Shown here piece by piece: positions 1-10,492 of a stretch of 64,000 nt of DNA. Position 1 is the first letter of the stretch. Every line of letters starts with the position of its first letter. Below the pieces are notes generated by a model. It worked only from the letters and a program-made list of their open reading frames with translations, ran no database searches and had not been told where the DNA came from. Origin of the DNA: an uncultured Gemmatimonadales bacterium (GTDB lineage Bacteria > Gemmatimonadota > Gemmatimonadetes > Gemmatimonadales > GWC2-71-9); the NCBI GenBank assembly GCA_963842945.1, contig CAWJIM010000002.1, positions 160,001 to 224,000 on the forward strand. The letters run 5' to 3'. The position numbers and the translations under genes are program-made.

Positions 1-299
1 GTGTCGCTGGCGTGCTGGGGATACCAGTAGGTGGGACAGATAATGCGCAACGGTGTTCCCTGCCCCCAAGATCCTGAGGGGGCACCTTCGGTGCTGCGAC
101 CACCAGTCCCCCTGCTGTCATATGGCGTTCATTTCAGAAGATACTACTGGGCTAAAGGCTAGAAGAGCAGCCCCGCAAAGATCAACATTTATGCCACTTT
201 GAAGGCCGTGTACGGCGACGAGGCAGTCTAGCCCATGCCCGGACCCAAACACTTGCCGAGCGCCCGTCGGCAACAGAAATCTGCTGCCTGGGCGCGTAC

Positions 300-718
300 T
301 CACTCCCAGGAGAGCCCGGACCTTTTGGGCCAGGTCCTCCTGGGTGAACGGCTTGGCCAGGAAGGGGGCTCCCGGCTCGAGCAGCCCCCCCTGAAATACC
401 TCCGAGGCGAACCCCGACATGTAGATAATGGGCTTGCCCGGCCACCGCTGTTCCACGTGGCGCCCCAACTCGCGCCCATTCATTCCGGGCATCTTGATGT
501 CGGTGAGGACCAGATGGATGCCACCGGCGTGCTGCTCGATCGTGGCGATGGCCTCCCGCCCGTGAGCTGGCCTCCATGGCCTGATATCCGGTCCAGGTGA
601 GCATCCGGCAGGCCAGCCTCCGAACGGCTTCTTCATCGTCCACCACCAGGACGGTATAGCCCCCCGGCGGGCGTTGGGGCGCGGCCTTGCCCGCCGGGGA
701 GCCCTGGATCGAATGCAT
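300..718 (-). CDS. Stand-alone response regulator receiver protein (frameshift near 570)
   Basis: VLVVDDEEAVRR in ORF 182..754 continues in ORF 118..777 as LVLTDIKMPGMNG..YMSG..FLAKPF. End placed at the TGA at 300-302 assuming one extra G; as written the frame reads on to 118. Confidence 0.8.
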
Positions 719-863
719 TGGGCGAAAGTACCCTCCGGCGACTTGGCCTCGCAAGTTCCAAAGTAGGTATTATGCAACCGGCGGCTTGTCCCTCGGGATT
801 CGGTTTCTAGGTTTGACCAAGTTGATGCAGTGTCGGTGATTGCGACGGTACCAGCGAGGCTTC

Positions 864-1661
864 ATGTCATCCTGCCCTGAGCTTCTCGATGGAATCCAAT
901 CCGAGGAGCACGTGGTACAGCTCTACGGGAGCGACGATCGGCTCCTCACCCAGAATGTCGGCCGGTTTCTCAGTGAAGGGTTGAAACGCGGCGATGGAAT
1001 TCTGGTGATTGCCACACTGCATCACCGCAGCACACTCCGCCGCCGCCTCACAGAAGACCCTTCCTACTCCCGCGCAGTGCTTGAGGGGCGCCTGGTGTTT
1101 CTCGACGCGGAGGTCACCCTGGAGCGCCTGATGCTCCATGGAGTCCCTGATCTGGAGCGGTTTCATGCCGTGGTGGGTGAGGCACTCACCGGCGTCCGCA
1201 ACCGCGCGGTGCATTCCCGAGTGCGGGCCTACGGAGAGATGGTGGGACTGCTCTGGAAAGCCGGCGCCCGTGAGGCGGCGGTGCAATTGGAGCGACTGTG
1301 GAACGATATGCTGACGAACAGCAAGGCCAGTCTCTTCTGCGCCTATCCCATCGACATCTTGGGCCCCGACTTTCAGTCCGAAAAGGTCGACGCGCTCCTC
1401 TGCAGTCATACCCATCTTCTTCCCCTGGACTCGGGACTCGAAGAAGCGCTGGGCCGGGCCATGCAGGAGGTGCTCGGACCGCGGCTCGATGGGCTGCGTG
1501 AATCGATGCACGCCAAACATCGGCCCGCGGCTTGGGGCAAGGTCCCGCCGGCGGAAGCTCTGGTGCTCTGGCTCCGGAACAAATTGCCGGATGCGGCGGA
1601 CGAAGTTTTGGCCCGGGCACGAAAGTATTACCAGCACGCTTCGTTCTCCCCCTCAATCTGA
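864..1661 (+). CDS. MEDS (DcmR-like sensory) domain protein
   Basis: HVVQLY..GRFLSEGL..G..LVIAT, VRAYGEMVGLLW, AAVQLERLWN and LFCAYP are typical MEDS motifs; no output domain recognised. Confidence 0.8.
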   Translation: MSSCPELLDGIQSEEHVVQLYGSDDRLLTQNVGRFLSEGLKRGDGILVIATLHHRSTLRRRLTEDPSYSRAVLEGRLVFLDAEVTLERLMLHGVPDLERFHAVVGEALTGVRNRAVHSRVRAYGEMVGLLWKAGAREAAVQLERLWNDMLTNSKASLFCAYPIDILGPDFQSEKVDALLCSHTHLLPLDSGLEEALGRAMQEVLGPRLDGLRESMHAKHRPAAWGKVPPAEALVLWLRNKLPDAADEVLARARKYYQHASFSPSI

Positions 1662-1715
1662 CTGAGCGAACGGGACTTGCTTAACCCGAAATAGCCCGCG
1701 AACTTCCTCCCCGTT

Positions 1716-1805
<90 letters not shown>

Positions 1806-1816
1806 TCTTATGCAAC

Positions 1817-1896
1817 AGCGTAAACGGTGAACAGTAAACGGTGAACGGGTGACCCCGACGCCTCCCGTTTACCGTTCACCGTTCACTGTTTACGCT
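1817..1896. repeat. 33-bp inverted repeat built from GTRAACR heptamers
   Basis: Arms 1817-1849 and 1864-1896, 29/33 Watson-Crick pairs, 14-nt loop; lies between tRNA-Ser and gltX. Confidence 0.85.
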
Positions 1897-1901
1897 CTTA
1901 G

Positions 1902-3346
<1,445 letters not shown>

Positions 3347-3350
<4 letters not shown>

Positions 3351-4586
3351 GGCCGTTGGCAGCACACACTGCTCTGGTCCTCGTCGTACTTGCCTCTGCC
3401 TGCTCGAAGGCACCGCCGCCGCCGCAACCGTCGCCCCAGCCCTCGGCCGAACGGGCCGACACCCTGGCCCTTCCGCCTTCCCCGCTGATCGAGCCGTCCC
3501 CACGTTCACCTTCCACCACCGCCGGCCACGGTGCGCCTGGCGTTTGTGGGCGACATCAATCTGGGCACTTCCACTCTTCCCGATGGCGTGCCGCCCGACA
3601 GCGGGCGCGCTCTTCTGAGCAAGGCTCGACCGAGTCTCACCGGTGATCTCGTGGTCGGCAACTTCGAGGGAGTGCTGGCCGACACCGGCACCTCGATCAA
3701 GTGTCTGAAGAAGGTGACCCGGCCCCACGCCGGCGGTCGGCCATCGCGTCAGCCGGCGGAAACGCTGGTCACCCGGCCCAACTGCTATGCCTTTCGCACC
3801 CCAACCTGGCTGGCTCCCCGACTGATCGAGGCCGGGTTCACTCACCTGAATCTGGCGAACAATCATGCCAACGATCTCGGTGCAGCAGGACGTGCCTCCA
3901 CTGAGCGCATACTCGACAGTCTGGGGATTCGGCTCTACGGGCCGCTCGGCAGGATCGTTGTCGATACCATCAAACGGGGAGACAGCCTCACCACTGTTGG
4001 TCTGATCGGGTTCACCACCTATCCGTTTGCCTACGACCTGCTGGATATCGAGCGGAGCGCCGCGGTGGTGGACTCCTTACGGCCCCTGGTCGATCTGCTG
4101 CTGGTGACCTTCCATGGCGGAAGCGAAGGCGCCAAGGCGGTTCACACCGGCGAGGCCGCGGAGTCTCTCGGAACTGAGCCTCGCGGCGACCTTCGCCGGT
4201 GGGCCCGGGCCGTGATCGACGCGGGTGCCGATGCCGTGATCGGTCACGGGCCCCATGTCCTACGGGGAATGGAGTTCTACCGGGGTCACCTGATCGCGTA
4301 TTCGCTGGGCAATTTCGTGACCTACCGCGGATTCAACCTTTCGGGGCCGCTCGGCGTGACCGGGGTTTTGCAGCTGGAGTTTGCCGGGCGGGGCGGTCTG
4401 CGTCGGGCACGTCTCGCGCCGATGCTCCAGCTACCGCAGAACGGGCCGGCTCCCGATCCCGAGCGCCAGGCAGTGCGACTGGTGCGTCAACTCTCGGCCG
4501 AGGACTTCGGCGCCACTGCCGCGGTGATCAACGAGAGCGGGGAGATCTGGGATCCACGCCGGTCGGGCAGAAGCGCGACACCCTAG
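3347..4586 (+). CDS. CapA/PGA_cap family metallophosphoesterase lipoprotein (frameshift near 3520)
   Basis: ATGA overlap with gltX, lipobox LASAC, Pro-rich linker, then GDINLG, GNFEG, NLANNH, GHGPH, YSLGNF. Confidence 0.85.
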
Positions 4587-4649
4587 CAGCTTCTTTTTCA
4601 TCGCGCTGCTCGCCTTGCCTCCTCGCTCTGGTTCACGTACTGATTCCAG

Positions 4650-5237
4650 ATGGCAACAGACGAATCCGGACCCGCGGACAACGACGCTGTGCCGGTCCCG
4701 GCAGCGATTGCTGCTACCGCGGAGCCGGTACAACTGGAAGTGGGTCTGATCCAGGACGAGCGGGTTCCGGCAGAAATGGTCTGCATGGGGACCTACCGTA
4801 ACGGACGGCTGGTTGCGCGGTCGGTGATGTCGCCCGAAGCATGGGAGCAGATCCAGACCCATGGTTTCTTCAACGCGCCGCTGCAGGTCGTGCTGGTCGC
4901 GCGGGTAGCGCCGCCCGGCCTGCAGTGCCAGCTGTTTGCCATGGTGCCCCTGCCGGAGGAGCTCGAAGAGCCGGAAGAGCCATGGAGTGCGAGCGTGCCG
5001 AGCTCGTCCTACGAAGCGTCGCTGGCGGAGGGTGCGGCTGAGTCAGAGGATCCGGAAGTTGCGCCGGTCCCGCTGGGGAACATCGTGCGTTACCAGCGAG
5101 ACCGGGTGCATCCCGAGAGTCTTCCCCTCGAGACCGCGGACATTCTCAAGAAGATCATCGAAGGTGAAGCCGCCGAGGTGGTGGACCGGGCGCTGGCGGA
5201 TCTGCTGGGGCTGGATGGGGGGGAAGAGAAAGCGTGA
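4650..5237 (+). CDS. Hypothetical acidic protein (195 aa)
   Basis: Clean ORF filling the gap between genes, protein-like composition; no family recognised. Confidence 0.7.
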   Translation: MATDESGPADNDAVPVPAAIAATAEPVQLEVGLIQDERVPAEMVCMGTYRNGRLVARSVMSPEAWEQIQTHGFFNAPLQVVLVARVAPPGLQCQLFAMVPLPEELEEPEEPWSASVPSSSYEASLAEGAAESEDPEVAPVPLGNIVRYQRDRVHPESLPLETADILKKIIEGEAAEVVDRALADLLGLDGGEEKA

Positions 5238-5273
5238 GCGGTAATGCCGCGTGAGCATGGCCCCGCTCACGCT
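5231..5273. terminator. Hairpin between convergent genes
   Basis: AGCGTGAGCGG (5231-5241) pairs with CCGCTCACGCT (5263-5273); no U-tract. Confidence 0.35.
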
Positions 5274-5284
5274 CCAGCTGCCGC

Positions 5285-6193
5285 CTACGGCGTAAGCGGC
5301 TCCTCCGGCGGCGGCGCGGTGCGCTGGTTCTTCTGAAACTCGCGCTCCCGCTCCTTCCGCTCCCGCATCTCCCGAATCATGGTTTTGAACTCTTCCATGT
5401 TCTGGGCCCGCTGCGCCGCATACATCAGATCGCCGCGCAGATCCATGAGATGATTGTAGGCACGATTCTGGTCGATGTTTCCGGCTGGAATCGGAAGCAG
5501 GGCCAGCACCGCGGCCGGAATTTTCAATCCGGCAATGTAGATGTTCTTGCCATCCAGTCCGAACTTCTTCCCTGCAACCTGTGTGGTCCAGCTCGGCAGC
5601 CCCTGGTTGCGGTTGGCCGGATCATTGGCGATCGAGTCGAGATACGCCTGGACGATGCTGGTGACCGCGCTGTCGAGCAGCTCCGCCCGGCTGCGCGTGA
5701 GCCGCTGCGCCAACTCTTTGGGCGGAAGCGGAAGCGGACGTACCCACAGTCTGCCCTGGGCCAGGTCGGGACCTATCCGGCCCAGCGCGTCCGCCAGCGG
5801 CCGACGTGGCGCAGGCTGCGCCCGTGGCGTGCTGCCGGTGTCGGCGGCGGCCCGTTCAGGCGGCTTCTCCGGCAATGCCGCAACCGCCTTGCGAGGAGGA
5901 GTCGGCAGCGCCGGCCGCGACAGACGGTTTCCCCGGGCGCGCTCGCCTTCAGCCGGCGCACGGTCGTTCCGATTGGCCTGAGCCTCGGGCGGCTGATAGC
6001 GCATCGGTAGGTCCTCTCGCCCCTCGGATGGCGGCGAAAGCACGATCAACTGCCGAGGCAGCCTGGGAAGGGTAGGCCGGCGGCCGCTTACCGAGGTGAA
6101 AAGGAGGAGGCTGTGCACCAGCACGCTGGCCCCAATGGCAATCCAGGGCCAGGGCCTGCGCCGGGGAAGCCGGACATCAAACGGAGGTCGCAA
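5285..6193 (-). CDS. Membrane-anchored Pro-rich protein with TonB/TolA-like N-terminus
   Basis: Single TM WIAIGASVLVHSLLLF with S-x3-H, long Pro/Arg/Ala linker, unrecognised C-terminal domain. Confidence 0.7.
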   Translation of the reverse strand: MRPPFDVRLPRRRPWPWIAIGASVLVHSLLLFTSVSGRRPTLPRLPRQLIVLSPPSEGREDLPMRYQPPEAQANRNDRAPAEGERARGNRLSRPALPTPPRKAVAALPEKPPERAAADTGSTPRAQPAPRRPLADALGRIGPDLAQGRLWVRPLPLPPKELAQRLTRSRAELLDSAVTSIVQAYLDSIANDPANRNQGLPSWTTQVAGKKFGLDGKNIYIAGLKIPAAVLALLPIPAGNIDQNRAYNHLMDLRGDLMYAAQRAQNMEEFKTMIREMRERKEREREFQKNQRTAPPPEEPLTP

Positions 6194-7371
6194 CCGGCCC
6201 TCGACGGACTTCTTTCAACACCTCGCCTAACCGCACGGCGGCTGCCTTGAGCCGATCCGCTCCGACCGTCAGCGCGATTCGAAAGAATCCTTCACCAGCA
6301 GGCCCAAAGGCACTGCCCGGCAGCACCACCACTCCATTCTGCTCCAGGGCATGCTTGGCAAAGGAGGCGGAGCTGGTGCCGGGGAGAGGCACCCAGAGAT
6401 ACATGGCGGCCTTGGGCGGATCGACCTTGAAGCCGGACTGAATCAGCGCCGCTACCGCCGCATCCCGGCGTCTCTGCAGCTCGGCACGGATCGGGGCAAC
6501 CAGCTCCTCGCTGTGCTCCAGGGCCGCGGCTCCGGCCTTCTGCACGGCCAGGAAGGGTCCGGTATCCACATACGACTTCACCCGGGTGAGCGCGCCGATC
6601 AGCTCGGCTCGGCCCGCGGCAAATCCCACCCGCCACCCAGTCATCGAATAGCTCTTCGAGAGGGAGAAGAACTCGAGGGCAACATCGCGGGCACCGGCGA
6701 TCTCGAAGATGCTGGGCGCGCGGTAGCCGTCGAAGGTGAGCTCGCAGTAGGCATTGTCGTAGGCCAGCAGGATCCCGTGGCGGCGGCAGGCGGCGACCGT
6801 TCGCTCAAGATATTCCACGGGAGCGATGGCCGCTGTCGGATTATTGGGATAGTTAACGAAAACGATTTTGGCTCGCCGCAGGACGTCGCTCGGGAAGCTG
6901 ATCCAGCTCCAGCAGGAACTCGTTTTCCGGCAGCAGCGGGGCGATGTACGGCTCGGACCCGGAGAGGAGTGCGCCGCCGAGGTACGCCTGGTACCCCGGC
7001 TCAGGCACGATTGCCACGTCGCCCGGATTGATCACCGCCATCGGCAGGTGCGACAGCCCCTCTTTCGAGCCGATGAGTGGGAGGATCTCGGTGAACGGAT
7101 CGAACCGCTGGCCAAAGCGCCGCTCGATCCAGCGGGACGCGGCCTGGCGGAATTCGGGAAGTCCCTGCTGAAAGCCGTACTTGCTCAACAGGGGGTTTCG
7201 CAGAGCCTCCGTCATCGTCTCCACGGCGACGTCGGGCGGCGGCGTGTCGTTGTCGCCCGCACCGAGATCGATGACATCCACTCCGGCTTCGATGAGCCGA
7301 CGCTTGATCGTGGGAATTTCGGCCAGAGGATAGCCGGGGAGACGCTGCAGCCGCTGACTGAAGCCGATCAT
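6177..7371 (-). CDS. dapL: Class I/II PLP aminotransferase, LL-diaminopimelate aminotransferase-like (frameshift near 6870)
   Basis: RLQRLPGYPLAEI, DVIDLGAGD, LPLIGSKEG, YDNAY, SLSKSYSMTGWRVG (PLP lysine), GEGFFRIAL. Confidence 0.8.
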
Positions 7372-7991
7372 TGGCCGTCCTGGCGAACAGGGTTCGAGAG
7401 GATGCCCACTCCACTGATCTCTACTTCCACCACATCCCGATCCTTTAGTGGCCCGGTTCCGGCGGGCGTACCGGTCGCGATGAGATCGCCCGGCTCGAGG
7501 GTCATGACCCCGCTGAGAAAGGACACGAGCTCAGGAATGGAAAAGTGCATGTCGGTTGCTCTTGCGCGCTGCCGCTCAACGCCATTCACGCGGCAACAGA
7601 GCTCCAAATTGCGCCAGTCCAGCCCGCCGGCAACCCGGGGGCCCACCGGACAGAAGGTGTCGAACCCTTTGGCCCTGCCCCACTGCCCATCGCTCTTCTG
7701 CAGATCCCGACAGGTCACATCGTTCACGCAAACGTACCCTTCAATGCCTCGCTCGGCGGAGGCAGGATCGGCATTCCGAAGCCGACGGGCGATGACCACC
7801 CCGATCTCGGCTTCGAACTCCACTCGCTGGCAGATCGACGGGAGCACGATCGAGTCTCCCGGACCGATGAGTGAGCTGGGCGGCTTGAAGAACACCATGG
7901 GCACCTGAGGCAGCTCGTTGCCCAGCTCCCGAGCATGCTCGAGGTAGTTCCGGCCGATCCCGATGATCTTCGATGGCTGGAGCGGCATCAT
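7368..7991 (-). CDS. Fumarylacetoacetate hydrolase family protein
   Basis: KIIGIGRNYLEHA, FFKPPSS, EFEAE, NDVTCRD, AKGFDTFCP, GDLIATGTPAG. Confidence 0.92.
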   Translation of the reverse strand: MMPLQPSKIIGIGRNYLEHARELGNELPQVPMVFFKPPSSLIGPGDSIVLPSICQRVEFEAEIGVVIARRLRNADPASAERGIEGYVCVNDVTCRDLQKSDGQWGRAKGFDTFCPVGPRVAGGLDWRNLELCCRVNGVERQRARATDMHFSIPELVSFLSGVMTLEPGDLIATGTPAGTGPLKDRDVVEVEISGVGILSNPVRQDGQ

Positions 7992-10492
7992 ACGATGGCA
8001 CCGATGTTCTGCCGGGCAAAGAAGTCCTCACATTTCGTCCGGACCTGGGACCAACTCCCGACGATGCGATCGGCTCTGGGAAGCCCGCTCAGCAGGAGCG
8101 GTCCGTACCGCTTGGTGACGACTCGGCTATCCAGCAGCACCACAATACCGGTGTCCTGGCTACTCCGGATCAATCGGCCGAATCCCTGCTTCAACTTGAG
8201 GGCCGCGTGCGGCACCAGATAGTGCATGAACCCATCCAGCCCCTCTTCAGCCAGGCGCTCGAGTCTCGCCGCAGTGATCGGCTCGGACGGCACCTTGAAA
8301 GGTAGTTTGTTCAGAATGAGGGCGCGGAGCGCCCGTCCCGGCACATCCACTCCCTCCCAGAAGGAGTCGGTACCCAGGAGAATTGCGTTTTCGGCATCGC
8401 GGAATCTTTGCAGGAGCACATCACGGGGGGCCTCCCCCTGAACCAGCAGCGGCCAGCGAGCAGCCAAGCCTCCGCCCCGGAGCTCCTGTGCGGCCCGGCG
8501 TAGGGCGCTGTGGCTGGTAAACAGTACGAACATTCCACCATCCGAAGCGTACGCCAGATCGGTGACCACCTGGACCACCGCCGCTCCATGTCCCGGCTCG
8601 TCTACGCGCGGCTCCGGCAGATCGTTGGGCACGCCGAATACACACTGAGACGCGTAATCGAATGGAGACGGAAGTATTTCCCTCACTCGTACGGGCGAGG
8701 ACTCACCGCTCAGGCCAAGCCGGGACTCGAGGAACTCGAAGTCACCTGCCGCCGCCAGCGTTGCGCTGGTCAGCACGACGGTATCCAGCCGATCGAACAG
8801 CAGCTGCCGCAGCAGGGGCGCCAGATCGAGCGGAACTACGGAGAGGTTGACGTGCTGTCCGCGGGCGCTGCGCTCCATCCAGCGCACGCTGGGCGGTCCC
8901 CCGGGTGCCGGTCGCAAGGCGCGATTCAAGCCGTCGGACATGGTCTCCAGCCGGCGCATCACCCCGCGCAGCTCCTGAAGCAGCTGTTCCCGGCGCTCGG
9001 TTTCTTCGGCCTGGCTGAGGCGGTCGGCGATGATCTCCACTGTTTCCCTGAGCCCCCTGAACGCTCCGAGCGTAGCATCCAGATCGAAGCCGAGGCCCTG
9101 GTTCCAGATGGGATCGGCGGCGAAACTGTCCTCCAGCCGGAGCTGTCCCCCGGGAATATCCTCCAAGCGTTCCAGCAATCGAAGGAACAGCGCCTCGCTG
9201 GCCCGGCGCGCATCGGCAATGGCCGGCAAGAGGCGTTGCTGAAGCAGATCGAGGCTCGCCCGGCTCATCAGGTCGGAGTGGCTTTGGAGCTCATAGGAGA
9301 GGGTGGGAGCCAGACCCCGGCCGTTGCGCTCGAAGCGGCCCAGCAGGCGCCGCACGGCGCGACTGCTCACCTGAATGCCGAGGTGATTGGCGGCGACGTC
9401 TTCCAGGTGATGCGCTTCGTCCAGGATCAGCCTTCGGTACGGAGGCAGCACCGCCGCCTCCTGCCAGTTGTCCGAAGCCTGGCGGACCGACAGATCGGCC
9501 GCGAGCAGATGGTGGTTGACCACGACGACGTCCGCCTCGGCCGCGCGCCGCCGGGCGCGGAAGAGGAAGCACCGATCGAAATGAGGACACTTGAGACGGG
9601 TGCAGAGATCCGGCTCGGCGCTGACCTCGTCCCATACCTCTGCGGTGGGGGTGACCGGCAGATCGCTCAGCGTGCCATCAGCGGTGTGCCCGGCCCATTC
9701 GGCAATGCCGAGCAGCTCGTCCAGCTTGTCCTGCTCGAGCAACGTACGCTGGCCCGAGACCGCCTGATGCATTCGAGCCAGACAGAGATAGTTCCGCCAA
9801 CCCTTGAGCAGCGCGAAAGTGGGGGAGTACTCCTCATCGGAAAGCGCGCGGCGAAGCAGCGGCAGATCCTTGCCTACCAGCTGCTCCTGCAGGTTGATCG
9901 TGTTGGTGCTCACTACAGTGCGCTCACTGTTGGCCCGGGCCCAGGCCAGCGCCGGCACCAGATAGGCGAAAGACTTCCCCACCCCCGTGCCCGCTTCCAG
10001 CAGCTGAACCCCGCCATCGTTGTAGCCGTCCGCGATGTAGGCGGCCATGTCGCGCTGGCTCTGACGGTCTTCGTAGCGGGTGAGCTGGGCGGCTACCGGG
10101 CCATTCTCGCTCAGGGCCTCGACCACGTCGTAGGCATCGATGCGAACCACCGGGCGCTCTCGCGGCACCTCCACCACGACATAGAGCTCAGTGGCGTCGT
10201 TATTCAGGATGCCGAAGCCGACCCCTGCATCGTGCAGATGGGCCGCCACATTGAGATCCGCAACCGAGGGGTCCAGTCTGCCGCTGGGGTGATTGTGAAG
10301 CAGCAGCTCACCCCGCCGGGCGCCGGCGGGGAGCGCCAGGACCATCTCCACCGTGCCTCGTGCGACCACCCGAGCACCGGTGATCACACCATCCCGATCT
10401 ACGGTCGCGATGAACGACACTTCGCGTCCGCCGGCGGCGGAGATTTCGCTCGCCAGATAGGCCCGCACTCCGGGCGCGATCCGCTCGCTCAA
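7988..10492 (-). CDS. DinG/YoaA-family Fe-S SF2 helicase with N-terminal JAB/RadC-like domain
   Basis: N-terminal GREV..HNHPSGRLDPSVAD; Q-motif RQSQ, Walker A EAGTGVGKS, four Fe-S Cys (NYLC; CTRLKCPHFDRC), DEAH, TSATL, FWEGVD, QGFGRLIRS. Confidence 0.92.
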   Translation of the reverse strand: MSERIAPGVRAYLASEISAAGGREVSFIATVDRDGVITGARVVARGTVEMVLALPAGARRGELLLHNHPSGRLDPSVADLNVAAHLHDAGVGFGILNNDATELYVVVEVPRERPVVRIDAYDVVEALSENGPVAAQLTRYEDRQSQRDMAAYIADGYNDGGVQLLEAGTGVGKSFAYLVPALAWARANSERTVVSTNTINLQEQLVGKDLPLLRRALSDEEYSPTFALLKGWRNYLCLARMHQAVSGQRTLLEQDKLDELLGIAEWAGHTADGTLSDLPVTPTAEVWDEVSAEPDLCTRLKCPHFDRCFLFRARRRAAEADVVVVNHHLLAADLSVRQASDNWQEAAVLPPYRRLILDEAHHLEDVAANHLGIQVSSRAVRRLLGRFERNGRGLAPTLSYELQSHSDLMSRASLDLLQQRLLPAIADARRASEALFLRLLERLEDIPGGQLRLEDSFAADPIWNQGLGFDLDATLGAFRGLRETVEIIADRLSQAEETERREQLLQELRGVMRRLETMSDGLNRALRPAPGGPPSVRWMERSARGQHVNLSVVPLDLAPLLRQLLFDRLDTVVLTSATLAAAGDFEFLESRLGLSGESSPVRVREILPSPFDYASQCVFGVPNDLPEPRVDEPGHGAAVVQVVTDLAYASDGGMFVLFTSHSALRRAAQELRGGGLAARWPLLVQGEAPRDVLLQRFRDAENAILLGTDSFWEGVDVPGRALRALILNKLPFKVPSEPITAARLERLAEEGLDGFMHYLVPHAALKLKQGFGRLIRSSQDTGIVVLLDSRVVTKRYGPLLLSGLPRADRIVGSWSQVRTKCEDFFARQNIGAIV

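Noticed and set aside
1..299. Short hairpins and a GCAAAG motif suggesting a riboswitch, or a small ORF
   Set aside because: No recognisable riboswitch consensus; context is cut by the window edge.
1817..1896. CRISPR array
   Set aside because: Units are 7 nt with no spacers and no cas genes; the same applies to the other short repeats.
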